A stretch of 64,000 nucleotides of DNA from a virus (IMGVR_UViG_3300038393_001148), one strand, 5' to 3'; positions 26,708 to 35,039 are shown, counted from the stretch's first letter. The notes: generated by a model not told the origin, from the letters alone. A program made the numbers and translations.

Positions 26708-27253
26708 ATGAACCTCCGCTGGGCCGCTTTCCTTGATGCGCTAGAAATTATCGTTCGGTACAGTTCGGTTCTCCTTGCTGTAGGATTATTGACCTGGGCC
26801 GTTTCTTCTATCACGGTTAACAAGAAGACACAAGAGATAAATCGCATTGTTCGCACTATCCAGGAAGCCAAGCGTGGACCTCGGGGTGAACGTGGTCCGT
26901 CTGGACCTCAAGGATTGCGAGGCCGCGAAGGTGCGGTTGGACCGAGAGGCGTTCAGGGTCGGACGGGCGCTAGCGGCCCTAGAGGACAGAGGGGTCCACA
27001 GGGCGCACAGGGCCAGCGAGGTGCCGAAGGGCTTCGGGGACCCCAGGGTGTACAGGGCGCTACAGGAAAAACTGGAGCAACTGGTCCCGAAGGCCCTCGC
27101 GGTGAGCGAGGCCCAACTGGCGCTCAAGGAGCTACGGGGCTACGCGGCCCTCAAGGAATCCCTGGAGTCCAGGGCCCGTTGGGACCTGAAGGGCCGATTG
27201 GCCCACGAGGACCAATCGGTTCGGTCACTTGTCAGGTTTTACAAAGCTGCTGA
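26708..27253 (+). CDS. Membrane-anchored collagen-like protein
   Basis: N-terminal TM helix followed by about 38 Gly-X-Y triplets. Confidence 0.85.
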   Translation: MNLRWAAFLDALEIIVRYSSVLLAVGLLTWAVSSITVNKKTQEINRIVRTIQEAKRGPRGERGPSGPQGLRGREGAVGPRGVQGRTGASGPRGQRGPQGAQGQRGAEGLRGPQGVQGATGKTGATGPEGPRGERGPTGAQGATGLRGPQGIPGVQGPLGPEGPIGPRGPIGSVTCQVLQSC

Positions 27254-27303
27254 AGGCGGTGTAGTAAAGCTGGAGTTAAGTGGATGGATTATCCAACGCT
27301 GAG

Positions 27304-27376
27304 GGCAACTTAGCTCAGTTGGTAGAGCGGCAGACTGAAAATTTGCGCGTCACTGGTTCGAGTCCAGTAGTTGCCA
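27304..27376 (+). tRNA. tRNA-Phe(GAA)
   Basis: Cloverleaf, loop CTGAAAA. Confidence 0.92.
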
Positions 27377-27389
27377 TCGACTTACACAT

Positions 27390-27462
27390 GCCGGGTTGGT
27401 CTAGCGGTTAGGACGCCTGTCTTTCACACAGGAAATCACGGGTTCGAACCCCGTACCCGGTA
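27390..27462 (+). tRNA. tRNA-Glu(TTC)
   Basis: Cloverleaf, loop CTTTCAC. Confidence 0.92.
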
Positions 27463-27564
27463 CTTACTCCCAACAGTGAAAGTCGCCTTGCCCGGCTTGT
27501 CCTAGGAAAGCTCCGGGCGAACAAGAAGTAGCAAAGCCCTGATTGTGGGCAGTTTCCGATCTAC

Positions 27565-27649
27565 GCCGAAGTGACGGAACCGGTAGACGTAGCGGACTCA
27601 AAATCCGCCGCCCCATAAAGGCGTGAGGGTTCGAGTCCCTCCTTCGGCA
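27565..27649 (+). tRNA. tRNA-Leu(CAA)
   Basis: Cloverleaf, loop CTCAAAA. Confidence 0.92.
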
Positions 27650-27664
27650 TTGAGTAGAACCCAC

Positions 27665-27736
27665 TGCGGAGTGGTGTAATTGGCAACACATGGGTTTCTG
27701 GTACCTAGATTCGGGGTTCAAGTCCCTGCTCCGCAT
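27665..27736 (+). tRNA. tRNA-Gln(CTG)
   Basis: Cloverleaf, loop TTCTGGT. Confidence 0.88.
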
Positions 27737-27745
27737 TATTGATTT

Positions 27746-27829
27746 GGCGGCGTGCTGGAATTGGAGATACAGGGCAAGCTTAAACCTTGCTGCCTTCGGG
27801 GATTGTGGGTTCGAGTCCCACCGCCGCTA
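27746..27829 (+). tRNA. tRNA-Leu(TAA)
   Basis: Cloverleaf, loop CTTAAAC. Confidence 0.9.
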
Positions 27830-27891
27830 CTGTGAGATACGGGGTGAGCCCGCCTGCGCGATGAGCGTAAAGAGGAGGAAGATATTGTGTG

Positions 27892-27964
27892 GGTCCGGTA
27901 GCTCAGGGGAAGAGCGCCAGCCGTTATAAGCTGGAAGTCGTTGGTTCGAATCCAACCTGGATCA
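27892..27964 (+). tRNA. tRNA with an 8-nt anticodon loop (CGTTATAA; Ile(TAT)-like)
   Basis: Acceptor GGTCCGG/CTGGATC, D arm, CCAGC/GCTGG stem, canonical T arm. Confidence 0.7.
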
Positions 27965-28022
27965 CGGTCTACTCGACCTTAAGGAGTGGCACATCATCCG
28001 AATCCCATGAACGTATCTTGTC

Positions 28023-28051
28023 TTGACTGTCCGTAGATGGACTGGTATCAT
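28023..28051 (+). promoter_or_regulatory. SigA-like promoter
   Basis: TTGACT-N17-TATCAT, ATG 6 nt later. Confidence 0.7.
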
Positions 28052-28057
28052 GGATCT

Positions 28058-28207
28058 ATGACTCAATATTACGTAGGAGCGGTTATCGGGGCCATCCTAG
28101 CCGTCATCGGTTACCTCGGCCCCGAGGATGGAGGGACGCTAGAGCTTATTGGCCTTGCGATTCTCGCTGTTGCCCTCTATAAGCTTTTCGACCTGAACTG
28201 GTTCTGA
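28058..28207 (+). CDS. Small two-TM membrane protein (49 aa)
   Basis: Manual translation MTQYYVGAVIGAILAVIGYLGPEDGGTLELIGLAILAVALYKLFDLNWF. Confidence 0.65.
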   Translation: MTQYYVGAVIGAILAVIGYLGPEDGGTLELIGLAILAVALYKLFDLNWF

Positions 28208-28208
28208 G

Positions 28209-28601
28209 ATGGCCTTCAAGTTCTGCAACACAGAAACCCTGATCCGGCTCAATAACGAGTGCATCGATAATCCTCACTGCAATCGAGCTATTGATGAGAA
28301 GGCCTATGAGTTGCTTGACCCTGAGGGCACGCACCTTTTTGACTCGTCGCACATCGTCTTCCGGATGGCCGGTCATGGATTCGTCCGCCCGATGGTCAGC
28401 ATGAAGATGAAGGACACTATGGAGCCGGTGCAGGTCACCATGGATCTCTCCGATGAACAGTGGAATTCCCTTCGTACGTTCACGAAGGAGATGGACGATA
28501 TGTTGAAGTCGGGCAAGGAATGTGTGGACTGTGGATACGTCCGCCCGCACCAACCCGGCGACTACATTTGTCTGATCTGTAGGACCAGCGGTAAGAAGTA
28601 A
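28209..28601 (+). CDS. Protein with C-terminal DYxC Zn-ribbon tag (member 1)
   Basis: CVDC-x9-DYICLICR. Confidence 0.75.
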   Translation: MAFKFCNTETLIRLNNECIDNPHCNRAIDEKAYELLDPEGTHLFDSSHIVFRMAGHGFVRPMVSMKMKDTMEPVQVTMDLSDEQWNSLRTFTKEMDDMLKSGKECVDCGYVRPHQPGDYICLICRTSGKK

Positions 28602-28606
28602 ATAGT

Positions 28607-28680
28607 GTGGGGATAGCATAATTGGTTAATGCCCTTGGTTGTGGACCAAGACAATGTGGGTTCGAGTCCCACTCCTCACC
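28607..28680 (+). tRNA. tRNA-His(GTG)
   Basis: Cloverleaf, loop TTGTGGA, C73; T rather than G at -1. Confidence 0.9.
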
Positions 28681-28686
28681 CCTCAA

Positions 28687-28759
28687 GCCTCCGTAACTCA
28701 ATTGGCAGAGTGGCTGACTTTTAATCAGAACGTTGCAGGTTCGAGTCCTGCCGGGGGCA
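28687..28759 (+). tRNA. tRNA-Lys(TTT)
   Basis: Cloverleaf, loop CTTTTAA. Confidence 0.92.
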
Positions 28760-28761
28760 CT

Positions 28762-29109
28762 ATGTTCCAGGTTGGTGATGTACTCAAATATGCCAAATCT
28801 GAACTTGACCCTCCGATGATTTGCCAGCACGGAGAATACGTTGGCACAGTGCTGGCTATCGAGGAGGGTGGCCGGATGCGTGTTATGTGGCACTGGGATC
28901 CCGTAGAATATTGTCGCATCCATGGTTCCTCGATCTCTCGGATCCAAGAAACTTGGAAAGGGCAGTCGGGGGTTAGGGGTTATTGTGCCTCGGTTTCGGC
29001 CTTCTTTTATTTCTCCAATGATTGCGCAGTATGCGGCAGGACGATTGGGCACGTTTTGGATTACATCTGTAGTGAATGTCGTAACATGGCCGATTCGTCC
29101 AGTGGTTAG
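28762..29109 (+). CDS. Zn-ribbon tag protein (member 2)
   Basis: ATG 2 nt after tRNA-Lys; CAVC-x8-DYICSECR; stop codon lies inside tRNA-Glu. Confidence 0.7.
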   Translation: MFQVGDVLKYAKSELDPPMICQHGEYVGTVLAIEEGGRMRVMWHWDPVEYCRIHGSSISRIQETWKGQSGVRGYCASVSAFFYFSNDCAVCGRTIGHVLDYICSECRNMADSSSG

Positions 29110-29159
29110 GACGCCAGCCTCTCACGTTGGAAACACGGGTTCGAATCCCGTATCGGCTA
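29088..29159 (+). tRNA. tRNA-Glu(CTC)
   Basis: Cloverleaf, loop CTCTCAC. Confidence 0.92.
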
Positions 29160-29197
29160 CTCTTGATCCATTCTCCCGCGTTTGGTAGTATCTTCTC

Positions 29198-29533
29198 ATG
29201 AGAGTCCGCGCTGTATACACCCTCAAGTCCTTTGCCGAACTAAAGGATGCTCTTGAGTACGCCAAGAGCATCAAGGCGGGAGCGGGAAGCCATGCGGACG
29301 CTGAGCTAGAGATTGAGTTCGATAAGAAATCAAAGAAGCTCGGATCCCTCGGCGGCAAAGGACTCACAGCGATCTTGCCCACCTCACCTCCAGAGGAAGA
29401 GGAGTCAGCGCTTCCCTGGAAGGTGGTCGTGGTCAACGAGGATCCGGTGCCCGGAGGAAGTCCCTGCGCCGAGTGTGACCAGCCCCATTTCGAGGAAGAC
29501 TTCCTCTGCTCTGATTGTCGAGCCGCCGCATGA
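29198..29533 (+). CDS. Zn-ribbon tag protein (member 3)
   Basis: CAEC-x7-DFLCSDCR. Confidence 0.75.
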   Translation: MRVRAVYTLKSFAELKDALEYAKSIKAGAGSHADAELEIEFDKKSKKLGSLGGKGLTAILPTSPPEEEESALPWKVVVVNEDPVPGGSPCAECDQPHFEEDFLCSDCRAAA

Positions 29534-29820
29534 TCTTCTACAAGACCCGTACGGTGCAAAAGGGTAAAGAGCTTCACGACATCGAAGCTGTGAAGAAACG
29601 TTTGAAGGAAATTCACGACCATCCTAAGTCGGCTTATCACAAGGCGCTCAAGGAAAATCGTATTATGGTGTGCTACGACCAGAATCGCGCCACGCGGGGC
29701 AAATATGACATCATCGAATTCACCGAGGTCGAGCCTCCGGGCTCCTCGGTTTGCGGAGGTTGTCAGAAGAGGTTCTTTAGCCTAGAAGAAGACTATCTAT
29801 GTCCGAAGTGCCGCTCCTGA
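29530..29820 (+). CDS. Zn-ribbon tag protein (member 4)
   Basis: CGGC-x9-DYLCPKCR; ATGA overlap with member 3. Confidence 0.75.
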   Translation: MIFYKTRTVQKGKELHDIEAVKKRLKEIHDHPKSAYHKALKENRIMVCYDQNRATRGKYDIIEFTEVEPPGSSVCGGCQKRFFSLEEDYLCPKCRS

Positions 29821-30071
29821 ATCCAGAACTCCTGCGCCCCGGATTGGTTATGAAGGATTCTCGATGGACTGATTGGTACACCGTTGCCGAAGTCCATGGG
29901 CGCGAATTCATCTTTGATGGCTATCCCAATGCAGTGTATGATTTCTTTAGTCCGATAAGCGGTGGTACTTGGGTTATTCCTAACGCTAGTTGGTGTGCAT
30001 CTTGCGAAGAACCCGCACTAATAAATGACTACCTATGCCATCATTGTAGAAAGGAGGAGAATAATGGCTAG
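29799..30071 (+). CDS. Zn-ribbon tag protein (member 5)
   Basis: CASC-x7-DYLCHHCR. Confidence 0.7.
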   Translation: MSEVPLLNPELLRPGLVMKDSRWTDWYTVAEVHGREFIFDGYPNAVYDFFSPISGGTWVIPNASWCASCEEPALINDYLCHHCRKEENNG

Positions 30072-30711
30072 CCGCGCCCGTAGCGTCTCAATTAACGACC
30101 AGACTTTGTGGTTCGACATGAAGCTGGCTCATCTCAAGGCCACCGACAAGCAGATAGAGCTTTTGGCGACTATCGAAGATCTTGAGATGGATGATCTGCT
30201 AGAGTCGAACGTGACGCAGGGCGACGTGCTCAAGCGCCTCCGCGAGGCATTAGGCCAGGCTCCAATCCCTCCAGATGTTCTGCTCAAGAGGCAGAAGTGG
30301 AGACGGGAACGTCAGACGCAGCCGCCCTGCCGTCTCTGCCACAAGATTGGCGACAGTACACGTCACCACTTCGTGAATAAGTGGATTCTGAAGGAATTGT
30401 CAGGATACGGGCGCGAGTGGTCTAACAGACAAGAGAACTGTATTCCACTGTGTATTGATTGCCACCGGGATCTGCACGATAGAAGCGGCCCGTCGAAATC
30501 AATTGCGCATGTCCTCACGGCGCGCGAGAAGGATTTCGCCAATCGCGCTATCGAACGGCTCTCGGAAGAGCGTCCTAAGCTTCTTATCCTCATTGCCAAG
30601 GGTTCCGATACGGTATATGAGGCTCGACTGATCAAAGACTGGTTCGAAGGTCTGTTCGAGGTGGAAGCTGCTGAACTCGCTGAGGATGAGCCTCTCGCGG
30701 CGGTTGCGTAA
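30064..30711 (+). CDS. HNH-like endonuclease domain protein
   Basis: CRLC...RHH...NCIPLCIDCHRDLH. Confidence 0.7.
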   Translation: MASRARSVSINDQTLWFDMKLAHLKATDKQIELLATIEDLEMDDLLESNVTQGDVLKRLREALGQAPIPPDVLLKRQKWRRERQTQPPCRLCHKIGDSTRHHFVNKWILKELSGYGREWSNRQENCIPLCIDCHRDLHDRSGPSKSIAHVLTAREKDFANRAIERLSEERPKLLILIAKGSDTVYEARLIKDWFEGLFEVEAAELAEDEPLAAVA

Positions 30712-30725
30712 AGGCCGCCACACTT

Positions 30726-30798
30726 GCGCCTGTAGCTCAGTGGATAGAGCGCATCCCTGCGGAGGATGAGGTCACTGGTTCAAATCCAGTCAGGCGCG
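30726..30798 (+). tRNA. tRNA-Arg(GCG)
   Basis: Cloverleaf, loop CTGCGGA. Confidence 0.88.
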
Positions 30799-30800
30799 CT

Positions 30801-31103
30801 ATGGCCGAATGTGCTAATTGTGAAATGCGGCAGGCCCCGGAGGAAGATTTCCTCTGCCAATCCTGTCGGGACTGGGAGAACGGGGAGATCAGCTTGGAGA
30901 GTATCTTCGTCGCCGAGTCTCATGATAAATTTGCTCCACCAGAGGCCGCCATGGAGATGGCGAGATGCGATAACGTCGTTTACTTCACGATGTGCAAGTA
31001 CGAGGAAGGTACTTTCCACCGCAAGGCTGATGTCAAGGCTACGTTCTCCATGGACATCAAGACGTTGCTCAAGGCCCTTCGAGCATTGGATGTGGTAGAG
31101 TAA
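30801..31103 (+). CDS. Zn-ribbon tag protein (member 6, N-terminal tag)
   Basis: ATG 2 nt after tRNA-Arg; CANC-x8-DFLCQSCR. Confidence 0.75.
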   Translation: MAECANCEMRQAPEEDFLCQSCRDWENGEISLESIFVAESHDKFAPPEAAMEMARCDNVVYFTMCKYEEGTFHRKADVKATFSMDIKTLLKALRALDVVE

Positions 31104-31107
31104 ACTC

Positions 31108-31302
31108 ATGGCTCCTAAGAAGAAAGCGGCCTTCGTGCCGCAAGAAAAAGATGATGGCACTCGTTGGCGCGTCATGCGCTACACTGAGAAGGGTGTCACT
31201 GAGGTCTACCCGGCACGGTCGGGCCTCATGAAGCGCGAGGCTCAGCGACTAGCCGAAGGATTGGCGCTAGGGGGAGCCTTCATCGAGCAGGTCGAAGAAT
31301 AA
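31108..31302 (+). CDS. Hypothetical protein
   Basis: 64 aa ORF. Confidence 0.6.
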   Translation: MAPKKKAAFVPQEKDDGTRWRVMRYTEKGVTEVYPARSGLMKREAQRLAEGLALGGAFIEQVEE

Positions 31303-31304
31303 CT

Positions 31305-31378
31305 GCCCTTGTCGCCTAACGGATATGGCACTTGACTTCGGATCAAGAATAATGCGGGTTCGAATCCTGCCGGGGGCG
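31305..31378 (+). tRNA. tRNA-Arg(TCG)
   Basis: Cloverleaf, loop CTTCGGA. Confidence 0.88.
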
Positions 31379-31386
31379 CTCGTCTA

Positions 31387-32469
31387 ATGGACAACAATAT
31401 GCTGATCACACAACAGGAGCACAACGCCTACTCCTATCCGGCTCAGAGGTTTAATGAGACGGTAGAAGAGCTAAACCTCCCGCATCAGAGATACGCTCAG
31501 TGGAGCACTGATGCAGAAAACGCCGATCTTCAGGTGTATGTGGAGAGAGGCTTTTCGAGTCGTTACAACGACGACAATAGTCTCTACGTTGCCTTTACGG
31601 AGAGCGATAGCAAGGCTGCGGGTTGGATCCAGCTTCAAAGCGGTTTGGTATACGTCACCGTTGCGGCGCAAACGGCTGAGCGAGCGGAGTCCCTGCTAGC
31701 GGACATTGAGAATGTCATTCCTCGCTCCGAGGAGACGGACACGGAGTCCGAGGTTTCCATCGGCTTTTGGTCGCTCGGTCCGCAAGGTCCGAGCCGCATG
31801 AACCGGCGTATTGCGGTCCCAGTTTGGGACGAGATCAAGAATAATTACACCAAGGATGTCAAGGAGTCGCTTGAGTCCTTGATGGAGATTAAGAGCGGCA
31901 AGGATCTTGGCGACGGTCAGCTTATTCTCTGGCAGGGAGAGCCCGGCACGGGCAAGACCTATGCCCTGAGATCGCTAGCCTCGGCATGGCACAAGTGGTG
32001 TGAGTTTCATTACATCACCGATCCAGAGCAGTTCTTTGGAAGTCATTCCAACTACATGTTGAATGTCATCCTCCACGACAGCAACCCATATGGGGTGGAG
32101 GAGGAGCCAAGGTGGAAACTCCTCATTCTGGAGGATTCCGGCGAGCTATTGCGCGCCGATGCCAAGCAGGTCGTCGGTCAGGCGCTTTCTCGCTTGCTCA
32201 ACACGGTTGATGGTCTGATCGGTCAGGGCCTCCGTCTCTTGGTTCTCGTCACCACTAACGAGGAGATGGAAAAGCTCCATCCCGCTGTGTCCCGTCATGG
32301 GCGCTGCCTCCAGCAGGCAGAGTTTGGCCCCTTGACAAGGGACGAGGTTCGCGCTTGGATGGACGAGAATGACATCGAAGGCGATGTCGTCCCGATGTCG
32401 GCAGCTAACCTCTACGCCTTGAAGAACGGCAAGAAGGCTGAGGAAAAGCGCCTCGTAGGCTTCCACTAG
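31387..32469 (+). CDS. AAA+ ATPase (DUF5925-like N-terminus)
   Basis: GEPGTGKT, LILED, RLLNTVDGLIGQG, TTNE and PAVSRHGRC motifs. Confidence 0.85.
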   Translation: MDNNMLITQQEHNAYSYPAQRFNETVEELNLPHQRYAQWSTDAENADLQVYVERGFSSRYNDDNSLYVAFTESDSKAAGWIQLQSGLVYVTVAAQTAERAESLLADIENVIPRSEETDTESEVSIGFWSLGPQGPSRMNRRIAVPVWDEIKNNYTKDVKESLESLMEIKSGKDLGDGQLILWQGEPGTGKTYALRSLASAWHKWCEFHYITDPEQFFGSHSNYMLNVILHDSNPYGVEEEPRWKLLILEDSGELLRADAKQVVGQALSRLLNTVDGLIGQGLRLLVLVTTNEEMEKLHPAVSRHGRCLQQAEFGPLTRDEVRAWMDENDIEGDVVPMSAANLYALKNGKKAEEKRLVGFH

Positions 32470-32475
32470 CAGTTT

Positions 32476-32549
32476 GCGGCTGTAGCTCAGTTGGCTAGAG
32501 CGTCTCCTTGCCATGGAGAAGGTCGAGGGTTCGAATCCCTTCAGCCGCT
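32476..32549 (+). tRNA. tRNA-Gly(GCC)
   Basis: Cloverleaf, loop TTGCCAT. Confidence 0.93.
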
Positions 32550-32606
32550 TTGTTTGGCATCTTTTGGGAAGGGTATTCCTAGTACAAACCCTTTTCGAAA
32601 GGATTT

Positions 32607-32765
32607 ATGTCAGTCTTACTTTGGATACTCGGTATTATCCTCGTCATATTTGGCTTCTTCTGGATTCTCGGAGGATCGCTGCTATATGGCATCATCGCCA
32701 TTGTGATAGGCCTACTCCTAATGGGCTATCTCGGCGGTGGGTTTGGATATACCCGACGATTGTAA
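32607..32765 (+). CDS. Small two-TM membrane protein (52 aa), resembling actinobacterial GPGG-motif proteins
   Basis: Manual translation MSVLLWILGIILVIFGFFWILGGSLLYGIIAIVIGLLLMGYLGGGFGYTRRL; GAAAGGA SD. Confidence 0.65.
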   Translation: MSVLLWILGIILVIFGFFWILGGSLLYGIIAIVIGLLLMGYLGGGFGYTRRL

Positions 32766-33260
32766 TCATCAGGGCAACCGTATGCAGTAACTTGGGCTCC
32801 CGAGAGGGAGCCCTTGTTATTGAGGAAAGTCCGGACACTGCGCGAGCCACTGAGGCTGGAACCTCAGCAGGGACGGGTAACAATGGAGGGAGATCGCTGT
32901 CGTCCGTACCCCTTAAGTGGGACGACTTAATGCTCATGTGGGAGCGGCGTCACTTGTACCTCAGCCGACAGTCAAGCGGTGCAACCTCAAGCTGGTCAAG
33001 GGCATGACCTAGGTAGAGGGCAGTCCTTCGGGACCAACGCATTGGTAGTAGAAGATACGATCCACAAATTAGCTACACGTCATTGGCTGCGAACGGCCAC
33101 TCCGGTTACTAAGAGTGGGATGACGGGGCCAGGGTGGAGAATCGGGAATCCCTGGATGCGTTGAGATGGATATACGGATCGCAGGTAGTAATAGGTAGAG
33201 GCAGGCATCACGTCGCTACCTAGCGTGTAGAACAGAATCCGGCTTAAAGCCAGATGATTA
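32763..33260 (+). ncRNA. rnpB: RNase P RNA (divergent, about 498 nt)
   Basis: P4 strands GAGGAAAGTCCGG (32822) and ACAGAATCCGGCTTA (33232); P1 TAATCATC/GATGATTA; P2 CCGTAT/ATACGG. Confidence 0.88.
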
Positions 33261-33276
33261 CTGACACGTAAGTGTC

Positions 33277-33564
33277 GTGAAGTCCCTATGGGCGACCATT
33301 CAGGACAATCCTGTCTTATTCAGGAGGATAAACGGGTGGCTCACCGTGGTTTGGTTCATTGGGGCCATTCCAATTTGTTTGTTCTTAGCAAACTCGGTTC
33401 CATTCTTGGTGTTCATCTCCGTTTATGCCGTAGTGACGGGCCACCTTTCTACTTGGCAGGCCGCGAACGTAGAGGTACGCCAAGAGGAAGAGTCTCAAAA
33501 GCGAGACGATGAAGCTCCTGAGCGTATCGAGAAGAAGGTCGAGCAATTGAACAAGCAGGTGTAA
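33277..33564 (+). CDS. Membrane protein, two TM helices plus an acidic/basic tail
   Basis: 95 aa, GTG start. Confidence 0.6.
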   Translation: MKSLWATIQDNPVLFRRINGWLTVVWFIGAIPICLFLANSVPFLVFISVYAVVTGHLSTWQAANVEVRQEEESQKRDDEAPERIEKKVEQLNKQV

Positions 33565-33569
33565 CACTT

Positions 33570-33640
33570 TGGGGAATGAGGTAACGGCAGCCTGCGAGGT
33601 TTTGGCCCTCGTCGTCCTGGTTCGAATCCAGGTTCCCCAG
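33570..33640 (+). tRNA. tRNA-Gln(TTG)
   Basis: Cloverleaf, loop TTTTGGC. Confidence 0.88.
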
Positions 33641-33682
33641 CTTTCAGCTAGATAATCAAGAAGTCCGAGAGGTAACCTATGA

Positions 33683-34294
33683 ATGGGTTACCTTAACGGC
33701 CGACTTCCATCAGCAGTTCTTGCGTCCATCCCTGGTGGACGCCTGCGTAGGGATGCGGCCAAGGCATTCAACGCTATGAATGCTGAGTCCGAAGCCCGCT
33801 TCGGAGTCACGCTGCGGCCTACGGGTAGGATGTCGTCCTACAGGACGTTGAATGAGCAGCGTTATCTCTACAACCTGTACCTCCAGGGTAGAGGGAACCT
33901 AGCCGCCGTTCCTGGCACATCCAACCACGGTCTGGGCCTTGCCGTTGACTTGGCAACGCATCAGATGCGTGATATAGTAGACCAAATAGGCGCAAAATAC
34001 GGCTGGGCCAAGAGATGGTCAGACGCGCCTTCTGAATGGTGGCACATTAAGTGGAGGAGCGGAGTTTGGAACGGAAAGGTACCAGATAAATACAAAACCC
34101 TAAAGCGGGGACAGACTGGGCCTTCGGTTCTACGAATGAAGAAGGCGATGAGGAAACACGGACTTCAGCAATTCAATGCCTACACTCCGTTTTTCGATAA
34201 GCGGACGGAGGCTGCACTAAAGCGGCTTCAGCATCGTCATGGGTTGAAGGCAGACGGGATCTGTGGACCTAAAACATGGTCTCTGATCACCTAG
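33683..34294 (+). CDS. Peptidase M15 (D,D-carboxypeptidase-like) with a PG-binding domain; endolysin-like
   Basis: SYR..EQ, PGTSNHGLGLAVD and EWWH motifs; C-terminal LKADGICGPKTW. Confidence 0.88.
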   Translation: MGYLNGRLPSAVLASIPGGRLRRDAAKAFNAMNAESEARFGVTLRPTGRMSSYRTLNEQRYLYNLYLQGRGNLAAVPGTSNHGLGLAVDLATHQMRDIVDQIGAKYGWAKRWSDAPSEWWHIKWRSGVWNGKVPDKYKTLKRGQTGPSVLRMKKAMRKHGLQQFNAYTPFFDKRTEAALKRLQHRHGLKADGICGPKTWSLIT

Positions 34295-34366
34295 CCTGTC
34301 TAGCTCAATTGGTAGAGCGCCAACCTTGTAAGTTGGGGGTTATCGGTTCGAGTCCGATGGCAGGCT
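34294..34366 (+). tRNA. tRNA-Thr(TGT)
   Basis: Cloverleaf, loop CTTGTAA. Confidence 0.92.
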
Positions 34367-34369
34367 CTT

Positions 34370-34579
34370 ATGCTTGATCGCAGTGCAAGACTTCTTACTG
34401 AGTACCAGTATGAAATTGCTTTGAAGAAAGAGCAAGAGTGGTTTAATCGTGTATCGCTTGAATGTCCAGAATGTGGGGTTAGGACCATCCTCCCTAGGGA
34501 GGACTATCTCTGCGCGGAATGTCGCCTATCCTATGGCGACAACGGCGAAATGGGCTATACCATGCCCGACTTGCGATGA
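34370..34579 (+). CDS. Zn-ribbon tag protein (member 7)
   Basis: ATG 3 nt after tRNA-Thr; CPEC-x9-DYLCAECR. Confidence 0.7.
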   Translation: MLDRSARLLTEYQYEIALKKEQEWFNRVSLECPECGVRTILPREDYLCAECRLSYGDNGEMGYTMPDLR

Positions 34580-34844
34580 AATTCCGCGTCTCCAGCAGTG
34601 GTGTCCTGACTGTCGTGATCGTGGCGTAGCCACGAAGGGCCTAGGCCGCAACCGCAGTGGTAACGTCATGCTTGAGCAGATGAAGCTTGAGCGGCAGAAA
34701 ATGGAGATGGAGGCTGCTCAGGAAGCTGAGCAAGCTCGTATCGAAAGTCGTACCATGATGTGCCCAGAGTGTGATACACTGGGCTTCGTGGAAGAGAACG
34801 ACTATATTTGTACGAAATGCCGTAATGATGTCTCGGGGGTGTAG
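34533..34844 (+). CDS. Zn-ribbon tag protein (member 8)
   Basis: N-terminal CPTC/CPDC and C-terminal CPEC-x9-DYICTKCR. Confidence 0.7.
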   Translation: MATTAKWAIPCPTCDEIPRLQQWCPDCRDRGVATKGLGRNRSGNVMLEQMKLERQKMEMEAAQEAEQARIESRTMMCPECDTLGFVEENDYICTKCRNDVSGV

Positions 34845-34907
34845 CTCAGTTGGTAGAGCGCCTGCTTTGCAAGCAGGATGTCAGGGGTTCGAGTCCCCTC
34901 TCCTCCA
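34835..34907 (+). tRNA. tRNA-Ala(TGC)
   Basis: Cloverleaf, loop TTTGCAA, G3.U70. Confidence 0.9.
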
Positions 34908-34962
34908 TGAAACAAACTTGGCGACGAGCCAGGGCAACGCGATAGCGCGACTACGGTCGATA

Positions 34963-35039
34963 ATGAGACGGGCGGCTGGTGCGGCTAAGGGAGTCATGTC
35001 CCTCTATGCTGAGGTTCGAATCCTCGAAGCTCGTCTCAT
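34963..35039 (+). ncRNA. Degenerate tRNA-like RNA
   Basis: 11-bp ATGAGACGGGC/GCTCGTCTCAT stem, GAGG-TTCGAAT-CCTC arm, AGGGA/TCCCT arm with a 6-nt GTCATG loop. Confidence 0.45.

Noticed and set aside
26786-27302. Alternative-frame ORFs over the collagen gene
   Set aside because: By-product of the Gly-X-Y codon periodicity
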